A stretch of DNA of 64,000 nucleotides from Bacillota bacterium (GTDB lineage Bacteria > Bacillota > Sulfobacillia > Fermentithermobacillales > Fermentithermobacillaceae), in contig JAXGPX010000002.1 of the NCBI GenBank assembly GCA_040766745.1, positions 317,248-381,247 on the forward strand, read 5' to 3'. The notes below the pieces were generated by a model. The model searched no databases. It was given only the letters and a program-made list of their open reading frames with translations, and was not told the origin of the DNA. Positions 1 to 7,951 of this stretch are shown here, piece after piece. The first letter of the stretch is position 1; every line of letters starts with the position of its first letter. A program made the translations under genes and the position numbers.

Positions 1-1129
1 GGTTCTCACTATGATCGTATTCAGGCTCATGGTAAGCGGAGATGACGCCTTCGTAGTTTCGCACTACTACTGTGTGTTCGCCCATAGACAGAATGTAATT
101 GGGGTTGAGAGGGATTTTCCCACCACCGCCCGGAGCGTCTACAACATACGTGGGAACAGCAAGGCCTGTGGTATGCCCTCTGAGGTATTCCATGATTTCC
201 AGTCCTTCTGCCACAGTGGTCCTGAAATGCTCAAGCCCCCAGGTAAGGTCACACTGGTAGATGTAATAAGGTTTCACCCTTATTCTCAGGAGCCCTTGGA
301 CCAAATCTTTCATGACATGGGGACAGTTGTTGACCCCTCTTAACAGCACACTCTGATTGCCAAGGGGAATTCCTGCATTGGCCAGGATTGCGCAAGCCCG
401 TTCAGTTTCCGGAGTTATCTCTTTGGGATGGTTAAAATGGGTATTGAGATATACCGGATGGTATTTGGCCAGCATATCAGCAAGTTCCTGGGTTATCCTC
501 TGTGGCATGACCACAGGTGCCCGTGAACCAATCCTAATTATCTCAACATGGGGAATCTGGCGGACCCTGCTCACCACGTACTCTATTTTACCATCTGATA
601 GGGTTAGGGGGTCACCGCCTGAAATGAGCACGTCACGGATTTCCTTGTGCTCCTTGATATACTTAAGCCCCATCTCAATCCGCTCAGTAGGTGCCACCCG
701 GTCTGTTACCCCGACAACTCTCCGCCTTGTACAGTGCCGGCAGTACATAGAACATTGCTCAGTAACAAGAAACAGCACCCTGTCCGGATACCGGTGGGTT
801 AGGCCCGGAACCGGAGAGTCTTCATCTTCGGCCAGGGGGTCAAAGGCTTCCCAGGGAAGCTGCCTAGCCTCAGGCCCTCTTGGGACCGCCTGAAGGCGGA
901 TTGGGCATTTTTCATCGTGAGGGTCTATCAGGCTGGCATAGTAAGGGGTAATGGCCATTCTGACCCTTGAAAGAGCCACGTTCACGCCTTCGATGGCTTC
1001 AGGGCTCAAGTCCATTACCTTTGAAAGAGTCTCAACATCTTCAATGCGATTCTTCCACTGCCAATGCCAATCGTTCCACTGCTCTTCTGTAACATCTTTG
1101 AAAAAGGGTATCTCTTTCCAATGGCGCAA
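1..1129 (-). CDS. kamA: L-lysine 2,3-aminomutase (radical SAM), 5' part of gene; continues beyond window start
   Basis: Hand translation of the minus strand from TTG at 1129 gives (M)RHWKEIPFFKDVTEEQWNDWHWQWKNRIEDVETLSKVMDLSPEAIEGVNVALSRVRMAITPYYASLIDPHDEKCP..., close to the KamA/AblA N-terminus. The segment 1139-1145 on the minus strand reads AAGGAGG, about 10 nt upstream. The frame stays open to position 1, so there is no stop in the window and the ORF is missing from the track. The ATG at 1137 is in another frame and terminates quickly. Confidence 0.8.
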   Translation of the reverse strand, partial: MRHWKEIPFFKDVTEEQWNDWHWQWKNRIEDVETLSKVMDLSPEAIEGVNVALSRVRMAITPYYASLIDPHDEKCPIRLQAVPRGPEARQLPWEAFDPLAEDEDSPVPGLTHRYPDRVLFLVTEQCSMYCRHCTRRRVVGVTDRVAPTERIEMGLKYIKEHKEIRDVLISGGDPLTLSDGKIEYVVSRVRQIPHVEIIRIGSRAPVVMPQRITQELADMLAKYHPVYLNTHFNHPKEITPETERACAILANAGIPLGNQSVLLRGVNNCPHVMKDLVQGLLRIRVKPYYIYQCDLTWGLEHFRTTVAEGLEIMEYLRGHTTGLAVPTYVVDAPGGGGKIPLNPNYILSMGEHTVVVRNYEGVISAYHEPEYDHSEN

Positions 1130-1163
1130 TTTGCCATAACCTCCTTGAGAATTGTGGATCCGG

Positions 1164-2234
1164 CTACCCCTCAAACATCTCTTCCAAAATTCTCCTTACT
1201 GTCTCATCGTTTCTGACCAGGTCCAGAGAGTACTTTGCATGATCCCTGGCATATCCGTTCCCTATTATCAATTCTACATCTGCGCCTACACCTTCGGCAC
1301 CCAAAGCAGCCGCTGTAAAACTTGTGGCCATTGAGAAGAAGTATACTTTTCCGCCTTCTCTGGTGCTGAGGATGGACGCCATTTCAGTACCTGGTATGTT
1401 GACACAGTTTATTGCAAGGTCGGCTTTCTTTCCACCGTTTGAGCCCATAACCTTCTTCATTGTGGAAATTGCATCTCTTGCATCTCCCTGAAGCACAATG
1501 TCGCAAACTCCCAGTCGCTCAAGGCGTTCCCTGGACCTGTTGCTGTGGGCAAGCCCAATAACTTTGCCGGTAGGCCCTGCTTTTTTCTTTGCAACGCTTG
1601 CGCACAGAAGCCCTGACTTGCCGCCGGCGCCAAGGATAAACACTGTATCTCCCGGTTTAACAAGCCTGTCAGTTTGAATGGGGGCCCCTGCCACATCAAG
1701 CACTGCAAGGGAAAGCTTGTCCCCAAGGTCAGACGGAATAACTGAAAATACTCCAGTCTCAAAAATTACTGCAGTTGCTTCAACATCTACCTGATCTTTG
1801 TCAAGGTGCACTTTCTTTACCTTGTGGATCTTAAGCGGTGTCAGGGACAAGGAAACCAGAGTGCATATGCGGTCTCCGACTTTAAGCCCGTCTTTGCCCT
1901 CAACTTTGGGCCCAAATTCCTTAATGCGCCCTAAAAGCATTCCGCCTGAACCAGTAACAGGATTGTGCATTTTCCCCCGCTTGCCAACAATATCCATGAC
2001 TACTGAAGCCACGTAGTCTTCCTTTTCCTGTTCGCTCATGTCAGGTTTGCACCCTGAGACGATTTGCTTAAAACTTGCCGCATCTATGTTTAGGGTCCCT
2101 ACGTCTATTAAAATTTCGTTATCGTAAATTTCAGGAAGATTATCTACCTTCCATGCGGCCTGAGGCAGTACCCCCTCAGGCTCAATCACTCTGTGGGTTC
2201 CGTATGGGCATCCAGGTCTGTATTCTTTGGCCAC
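1164..2234 (-). CDS. kdd: L-erythro-3,5-diaminohexanoate dehydrogenase (lysine fermentation)
   Basis: ORF 1164..2273 (369 aa). The N-terminus VAKEYRPGCPYGTHRVIEPEGVLPQ and the Rossmann GAGGKSG motif are typical of Kdd. The likely true start is GTG at 2234, preceded by GGAGGTG and a 6-nt spacer; the listed 2273 start is TTG with no RBS. It lies 26 nt upstream of kamA on the same strand. Confidence 0.75.
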   Translation of the reverse strand: MAKEYRPGCPYGTHRVIEPEGVLPQAAWKVDNLPEIYDNEILIDVGTLNIDAASFKQIVSGCKPDMSEQEKEDYVASVVMDIVGKRGKMHNPVTGSGGMLLGRIKEFGPKVEGKDGLKVGDRICTLVSLSLTPLKIHKVKKVHLDKDQVDVEATAVIFETGVFSVIPSDLGDKLSLAVLDVAGAPIQTDRLVKPGDTVFILGAGGKSGLLCASVAKKKAGPTGKVIGLAHSNRSRERLERLGVCDIVLQGDARDAISTMKKVMGSNGGKKADLAINCVNIPGTEMASILSTREGGKVYFFSMATSFTAAALGAEGVGADVELIIGNGYARDHAKYSLDLVRNDETVRRILEEMFEG

Positions 2235-2330
2235 TATGAACACCTCCATGTTATTTCGGCTTATGTAATTCAAGTTCGCATCCTTGCCGGTTTCCAGGCA
2301 GCACTATTCTTGGAACCACCTGATCATATA

Positions 2331-2346
2331 AGCAAATATCATGCCA
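2331..2346 (-). promoter_or_regulatory. sigma-54 (-24/-12) promoter candidate for kdd-kamA
   Basis: The minus strand reads TGGCAT-GATAT-TTGCT, which matches the TGGCAC-N5-TTGCW consensus in spacing and in the GG/GC dinucleotides. It sits about 60-90 nt upstream of the kdd start and about 120 bp downstream of the palindrome at 2455-2474. Confidence 0.6.
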
Positions 2347-2454
2347 CTGTAGGATGATGGCCAGCTGTGCTCACCAAATTGAAGGTGCTCCAGCAAAAAG
2401 CATACTCGAATGAATAACGGTATTATCCTGCCTTTCCGGCAGATGCGACAGGAT

Positions 2455-2474
2455 TTCGGCACATATGTGCCGAA
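2455..2474. promoter_or_regulatory. perfect 20-bp palindrome TTCGGCACATATGTGCCGAA; candidate enhancer (UAS) for the adjacent sigma-54 activator
   Basis: Read directly from the sequence. Additional TTCGGCA-like half sites occur near 2434 and 2505. It lies between the divergent kdd operon and the bEBP gene. Confidence 0.5.
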
Positions 2475-2650
2475 TATTTGTCACAAGGCAATCATATTGC
2501 CCAGTTTTCGGCATGTCCACATGGAGGGGACTGCGTGGGGCGGGGCTATCCCGGAGAGGATTGCGCGGGTCCCATCTATTTCGGATGGTTAGTTTGGAAC
2601 GTAATTACCCTGAAGCGTCATGAGCCACAAATAGATTAGGAGGGCGCACT

Positions 2651-4141
2651 TTGGACTTGCTAACGGCTCTTCTTCAAGTGCTTGAAATTGCAAACGAAGG
2701 CATTCACCTGGTAAATGAAGACGGCGTAACTGTGATCTACAACAAAGCTGCCTCAGAATTTGATGGGCTTTCGCCTAACGAAGTTATGGGCAGGCACCTC
2801 CTAGATGTCTTTCCTTCTTTGACCCACGATTCAAGCACCCTCTTAAGGGTCCTAAGGAGCGGAGTACCGGAAATAGCCAGACAGCAAACATTTTCCAACT
2901 ACAAGGGCAAGAAAATCACTACTATTAACTCAACTCATCCAATACAGGACGGCGGCCAAATCATGGGGGCTTGCGAGATTTCCACTGACATAACCAGAAT
3001 CAAGGAAATGGCCGAACGAATCACAGATCTAAGAAAGGAACTCAGAAACAAGGGCCAGGATAGCAGGGAGCAGGAATCAGTCTTGTCCCGAAAATTATAT
3101 ACAGTAGACGATATCATTGGCGAATCGACAGTAATGAGAGATGTCAAGCGACGGGTTTTTCAGGTCGCCCGGAGCCGGTCCAACGTAGTTGTCTGGGGAG
3201 AAACAGGCACAGGAAAGGAACTCATTGTTCAATCTATACATTCGGCTTCAGACAGGGCCGGTTTCCCTTTCGTTCCCCAAAACTGTGCAGCTCTTCCTGA
3301 AACTCTTCTTGAAAGCCTTGTTTTTGGAACTTCCAAAGGCGGGTTTACAGGGGCCCAGGACCGGCCGGGCCTTTTAGAACTGGCATCTGGAGGAACCCTC
3401 TACCTTGATGAAATCGACTCTATGCCACTTGGCCTACAGGCCAAACTCTTGCGGGTAATTCAGGAAAAAAGAGTCCGCAGGCTTGGCGATGTGAGGGAAC
3501 GGCCGGTAGACGTTAGAATTATCGGATCTGCAAGCGTTCCACCGCGGCATGCTGTGGAACACGGAATTCTCAGGGCTGACTTGTACTTCCGGCTTGCAGT
3601 TGTGGAAATAGGATTACCCCCTCTGCGAGAGAGGCGGGAAGATATCCCTCTGCTGTGCTCCCATTTCCTGCAAAAACACAGCAGAAGGCCTGTGCAGGTG
3701 TCAATATCTCCTCAGGTCATGTCTGCATTCCTAGCCTACGATTGGCCCGGGAACGTAAGGGAACTGGAACACGCCATAGAAGGGAGCCTGGCTTTTGCGA
3801 AAGACAATTCTATTGAACTTGATCATATTCCCTGGTCAGTACGGGGCGTTACAGCAGCCACCTGGATGTTCAAGACTAGGGCCAGTACCGGCAGCAAGGC
3901 AAGTTCCGAGATTGAATCGCTCGGTTACGGGGCGCACAATGAAAACACTGATATCTCAAAGCAAGAATCAATCAGAGACCAACTGAGGCTCAGAGAAAGA
4001 AGAGCCGTCGAAGAAGCGCTGAAACAGGCCGGGTCTGTATCTGAGGCTGCCAGAATCCTTGGGATGCCAAGGCAGACACTTCAATACAGGATGAAAATTC
4101 TTGGCATTACCAGGCAAAATCGTCGAAGAAGAACCAAATAG
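2651..4141 (+). CDS. sigma-54-dependent transcriptional activator (PAS sensor + AAA+ sigma-54 interaction domain + Fis-type HTH)
   Basis: The ORF translation contains the Walker A motif GETGTGKE, the GAFTGA motif (FGTSKGGFTGA), the typical ESLVFG..ELFGHEKGAFTGA region and a C-terminal HTH (RILGMPRQTLQYRMKILGI). An N-terminal PAS-like region is present. The start is TTG at 2651, with AGGAGGG 6 nt upstream. Confidence 0.85.
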   Translation: MDLLTALLQVLEIANEGIHLVNEDGVTVIYNKAASEFDGLSPNEVMGRHLLDVFPSLTHDSSTLLRVLRSGVPEIARQQTFSNYKGKKITTINSTHPIQDGGQIMGACEISTDITRIKEMAERITDLRKELRNKGQDSREQESVLSRKLYTVDDIIGESTVMRDVKRRVFQVARSRSNVVVWGETGTGKELIVQSIHSASDRAGFPFVPQNCAALPETLLESLVFGTSKGGFTGAQDRPGLLELASGGTLYLDEIDSMPLGLQAKLLRVIQEKRVRRLGDVRERPVDVRIIGSASVPPRHAVEHGILRADLYFRLAVVEIGLPPLRERREDIPLLCSHFLQKHSRRPVQVSISPQVMSAFLAYDWPGNVRELEHAIEGSLAFAKDNSIELDHIPWSVRGVTAATWMFKTRASTGSKASSEIESLGYGAHNENTDISKQESIRDQLRLRERRAVEEALKQAGSVSEAARILGMPRQTLQYRMKILGITRQNRRRRTK

Positions 4142-4285
4142 GAGAGAAAACAAGTGGGTGTGCCCTGAACTGATACCATACTGCCTTACTCTTCAGGCCA
4201 CACCCATTATATTTTTTCCGGGCCGGTCCGATTTATTCATTGTTCACAAATTAAATTTTAGCCCCGGCATCAATTCAGCACGGAA

Positions 4286-5983
4286 TTACATAGAATCTGG
4301 AGCCGAGATTCCTGCCAACCGCAGAGCATTGGCTAAAACAATCTGGCACAGTCTGGCCAGGTAAAGCCTTGCTGAACTCAGTTCCTTGTCCTCTCCTAAA
4401 ACCCTGCACCTGGTATAGAAAGAGTGAAACGCCGCCGAGACATTCATCATGTATGTGATCAAGCGGTTAGGCTCTCTTGCTGCAGCAATCTCCCGAATCT
4501 CCTCAGGAAAAGCAGCAAGAAGTTTCATTAACTGAATCTCAGATGGATCCCTAAGCAATGGAACCTTTACTTCCTTAGGGCCTGATGCAGGTACATACCC
4601 TTCCTGTCTTGCCTGACGGAATATACTGGCTATTCTTGCGTGGGCATACTGTACATAGTAAACCGGGTTTTCATTTGACTGCAGCCTAGCAAGATCCAGG
4701 TCAAAATCAAGGTGGCTGGAAGGTGCCCTCATCAAGAAGAAGAAACGGCAAGCATCCTTGCCTGCATCTTCCAGAAGTTCATCCATTGAAATGAACTCGC
4801 CGCCCCTCTTGGACATCTTAACAACATCTTTGCCTCTTACAAGCCGCACTGTTTGAGCAATAATCACCTCTAGGACATCGCCTGGATACCCAAGAGCCAT
4901 GAGTCCGGCCCTTAGCCGGTTAACGTAGCCATGATGATCGGGCCCTAGAATATCGATAAGGTGGCTAAAGCCTCTCTTTAACTTGTCTTTATGGTAAGCA
5001 ATATCAGGTGCCAGGTAGGTCATCTCACCGTCAGACTTGACCACAACACGGTCTTTGTCATCGCCAAATTCAGTTGACCTGAACCACAAAGCCCCGTCCT
5101 TTTCATATATGAATTCCCTTTCCCTGAGCTCTTCCACCAGGGCTTCGTGGGCCTTTGTCTCCCGCAAGCTCTTCTCTGAATACCAGGTGTCATACTTCAA
5201 CCCATATTCAAGTAGAGTCTGTTTCTGCTTCTCAATCATGTGAGACACAGCATACCCCTTTAGCCACTCATGCCGCTCGCCGGAAGGAAGGCCAAGAAGC
5301 CGGTCGCCTTCTTCAGAAGCCAGTTGTTTGGCAATGTCCAGGAGATACTCGCCCCGGTAGCCGTTCTCAGGCAGCTGGGCATCTTGGCCAAGAGCCTGCC
5401 TGTACCGTGCCTCAAGGGAATCTGCAAGCAAGTCAACCTGATGTCCTGCGTCATTTACGTAGAACTCTCTGGATACCTGATAACCGCTGGCTTCAAGCAG
5501 CGAAGCAAGGCAGTCGCCTATTGCAGCAGCCCTGGCATTAACTACATTCAATGGGCCTGTAGGGTTTGCGCTGACAAACTCAAGCAAGATACGTTTGCCT
5601 TCGCCATAATCAGTCCTTCCATATAGTGGGCCTTTCTTCCATATCTCTGCCATGGCCTTATCAAGCCATCCGGACCCAAGGAAGAAATTGAGAAATCCCG
5701 GCCCTGCAATATCAACCCTCTGTATCCATGAATCGTCCAGCGAAAGGTACCTTACTATGATCCCTGCAACCGATCGTCCGTCAGATTGCACCTCTCTGGC
5801 CAAAGACATGGCCACGCCTGTAGCGAAATCTCCTTGTTCAGGCCTGGCAGGAGTTTCGATCTTGATTTCAGTTTCTAAATACCCGGGTAAGTCGCCCTTT
5901 TCCTTGGCTTTATATATTGCATCAGAAATTCTGTTAGCAATGTCGTTCTTAACCTGACTCATAATACTGGCACTTTCATCCAT
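4286..5983 (-). CDS. argS: arginine--tRNA ligase
   Basis: 565-aa ORF with the class I aaRS architecture and the typical ArgS C-terminus (...DSM). AAAGGAGA lies 9 nt upstream of the ATG. Confidence 0.9.
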   Translation of the reverse strand: MDESASIMSQVKNDIANRISDAIYKAKEKGDLPGYLETEIKIETPARPEQGDFATGVAMSLAREVQSDGRSVAGIIVRYLSLDDSWIQRVDIAGPGFLNFFLGSGWLDKAMAEIWKKGPLYGRTDYGEGKRILLEFVSANPTGPLNVVNARAAAIGDCLASLLEASGYQVSREFYVNDAGHQVDLLADSLEARYRQALGQDAQLPENGYRGEYLLDIAKQLASEEGDRLLGLPSGERHEWLKGYAVSHMIEKQKQTLLEYGLKYDTWYSEKSLRETKAHEALVEELREREFIYEKDGALWFRSTEFGDDKDRVVVKSDGEMTYLAPDIAYHKDKLKRGFSHLIDILGPDHHGYVNRLRAGLMALGYPGDVLEVIIAQTVRLVRGKDVVKMSKRGGEFISMDELLEDAGKDACRFFFLMRAPSSHLDFDLDLARLQSNENPVYYVQYAHARIASIFRQARQEGYVPASGPKEVKVPLLRDPSEIQLMKLLAAFPEEIREIAAAREPNRLITYMMNVSAAFHSFYTRCRVLGEDKELSSARLYLARLCQIVLANALRLAGISAPDSM

Positions 5984-6022
5984 CCGGGCACATCTCCTTT
6001 CGCAGCAAGAATTCAGCCGCCG

Positions 6023-6901
6023 TCATTTCCCTTCAGGAGTCAGTAGCAAAAGACTCTCTCGTACAACTGCTGCTGCAAGCAGCCCTGTCTGGCCTGTACC
6101 GTCATAAGCGGGGGATACCTCAACAAGGTCAACCCCTACAATATTGTTTCCTGCAAGATACGAAAGGGCATCCAGGAGTTCCTGGGATGTAATACCTCCC
6201 GGCTCAGGAACACCTGTTCCGGGCGCAAAAGCCGGGTCAACCACATCAATGTCTATCGAAAGGTATACAGGGCTTTTGCCTAGCCTGGGTATAATTGACC
6301 GCAGCGGCTCGATTACATTATAGAAATGAACTTCTGAGAGCCCCCGGGTCTCCTGGAGTTCGGCCTCATCAGCCGAACGAATTCCAAGCTGGTATACTCT
6401 GCCCGGGCCCAGCAGTTCTATGACCCGGCGCATAACTGTGCCATGGGAAAACTGTGTTCCGGTAAACCTTGATCTCAAATCAGCATGGGCATCGAACTGA
6501 ATCAGCACAAGATCCGGATACTTCTCAAGCATTGCCTGGACCAGTGGATATGTAATAAGGTGCTCTCCGCCTACTGCCATAAACTTCTGCCCATTATCAA
6601 GCACCTGGTCGGCAGCGGTCTTGATTACAGAAAGCGCCTTTTCCACATTACCCATGGGTAAAACAAGATCCCCTGCATCATAGTAGTTGTCTGCAATCAG
6701 CGTACGCTTTTGCCTCAGAGAAAACTCTTCAAGAGCCATAGACGCTTCCCTTGTTGCAGACGGCCCAAACCTGGTTCCCGGGCGAAACGATGTGGTTTCA
6801 TCCAGGGGAATTCCAAGTATGACGCACGGCGACAAAGGATCTCTGGAAGACCAGAGAAACTTGTCAGGACGTACCCATTCGGTACGTTGGTTGTCTGTCA
6901 A
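6023..6901 (-). CDS. speB: agmatinase (arginase/ureohydrolase family)
   Basis: The ORF 6023..6967 translation shows binuclear-Mn ligand motifs (DAHADL, SIDIDVVDP) and the conserved GGEH. The listed ATG start would overlap speE by 20 nt. An in-frame TTG at about 6901, preceded by GGAGGGG, gives a ~292-aa product of typical size. Confidence 0.75.
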   Translation of the reverse strand: MTDNQRTEWVRPDKFLWSSRDPLSPCVILGIPLDETTSFRPGTRFGPSATREASMALEEFSLRQKRTLIADNYYDAGDLVLPMGNVEKALSVIKTAADQVLDNGQKFMAVGGEHLITYPLVQAMLEKYPDLVLIQFDAHADLRSRFTGTQFSHGTVMRRVIELLGPGRVYQLGIRSADEAELQETRGLSEVHFYNVIEPLRSIIPRLGKSPVYLSIDIDVVDPAFAPGTGVPEPGGITSQELLDALSYLAGNNIVGVDLVEVSPAYDGTGQTGLLAAAVVRESLLLLTPEGK

Positions 6902-6947
6902 TATGTACCCCTCCAGAATGTTTGGCGGTGTTTGGCAACCAGCCGGC

Positions 6948-7826
6948 CTAATCGGTAATACCCACATCCCGCTTTAACTTGGGATTTAGCACAAATACCC
7001 GTTCATGGATTTCAGGTGAATAAAACTTGAGGTTCCACGATTCATCCGGTCTGCGCAAGGGCTTCTTCGGATCAGTCCCTAGGGACCCACACGTAAAGCT
7101 CCACCATCCCCCAGGATAGCTCGGGATAGGAACTGTATAGAGCCCTGTCACAGGAAACACTCCGGCTATCCTTTGATAAATATCTCTGACCAGTTCAGGA
7201 GTGCCAATGGGGCTTTCGGTCTGCGCACATAACATTCCGCCAGGCTTCAATATCTTGGCTATTGCAGCATAAAATTCAGGCACAAAAAGTGCTTCACCGG
7301 GCCCCTCAGGGTCTGTTGAATCAACAATGACCAGGTCGAACCTGTCCCCGGTTGTTGCAACGAACTTAAGTCCGTCTTCAATCAGAACCCGTGCTCTCGG
7401 ATCACTAAATCCTGTATTCCAGCCCGGAAGGTACTGCTTGGAAGCCTCAACCACGTCACCGTCTATATCTACCATAGTGACTTGCTTTATCCCAGGGTGG
7501 CGAAGGGCCTCACGCAAACTCCCTCCATCCCCACCACCTATTATCAAAACATTCTCGGGGTTGGGATGGCTGAACAGCGGTACATGCACAATGCTTTCGT
7601 GGTATATGTATTCGTCTTTCTCAGTGGTCTGAATTGCGTTATCCAGAACCAACATCCTTCCAAATTCGACAGTGTCGAAAATGCACAACTCCTGGAACTT
7701 TGTACGTTTTGTATAGACAACAGACTCAATCTGAACAGATATACGGAGGCCGTCAAGCCAATCTTCAGTAAACCATACCTGCAATAAAGTCCCCTCCGAG
7801 CATAATAGTTCAAAAACCAACGTCAA
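6948..7826 (-). CDS. speE: spermidine synthase
   Basis: 292-aa ORF with the polyamine aminopropyltransferase motifs VLIIGGGDGG and VDIDGDVVE and an N-terminal WFTE motif. Confidence 0.85.
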   Translation of the reverse strand: MTLVFELLCSEGTLLQVWFTEDWLDGLRISVQIESVVYTKRTKFQELCIFDTVEFGRMLVLDNAIQTTEKDEYIYHESIVHVPLFSHPNPENVLIIGGGDGGSLREALRHPGIKQVTMVDIDGDVVEASKQYLPGWNTGFSDPRARVLIEDGLKFVATTGDRFDLVIVDSTDPEGPGEALFVPEFYAAIAKILKPGGMLCAQTESPIGTPELVRDIYQRIAGVFPVTGLYTVPIPSYPGGWWSFTCGSLGTDPKKPLRRPDESWNLKFYSPEIHERVFVLNPKLKRDVGITD

Positions 7827-7951
7827 GCGTCGAAAGGAATTATATCAGAAAAGGATATGGGATAAAACATTAGCAAAGCAGGGGTAGAGGATATGTTGCC
7901 TTGTAGATGAAATGCTGGTAAGCTGAGTTGTTCAGAAAGGAGAAGTGAGAT

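Noticed and set aside
1135-1137. ATG at 1137 as the kamA start codon
   Set aside because: It is out of frame with the KamA-homologous reading frame and terminates after ~45 codons. The TTG at 1129, with the same AAGGAGG RBS, is in frame.
11-1139. Plus-strand ORFs 11-343, 357-893 and 951-1139
   Set aside because: They are antisense to the well-supported kamA reading frame, with low-complexity translations and no RBS.
4142-4285. Intrinsic terminator between the sigma-54 activator and argS
   Set aside because: The CCGGGCCGGTCCG palindrome is short and the T-run is on the wrong side for either strand, so I could not support a call.
5984-6022. T-box leader upstream of argS
   Set aside because: Only 39 nt separate argS from speB, which is too short for a T-box, and no specifier/antiterminator elements are visible.
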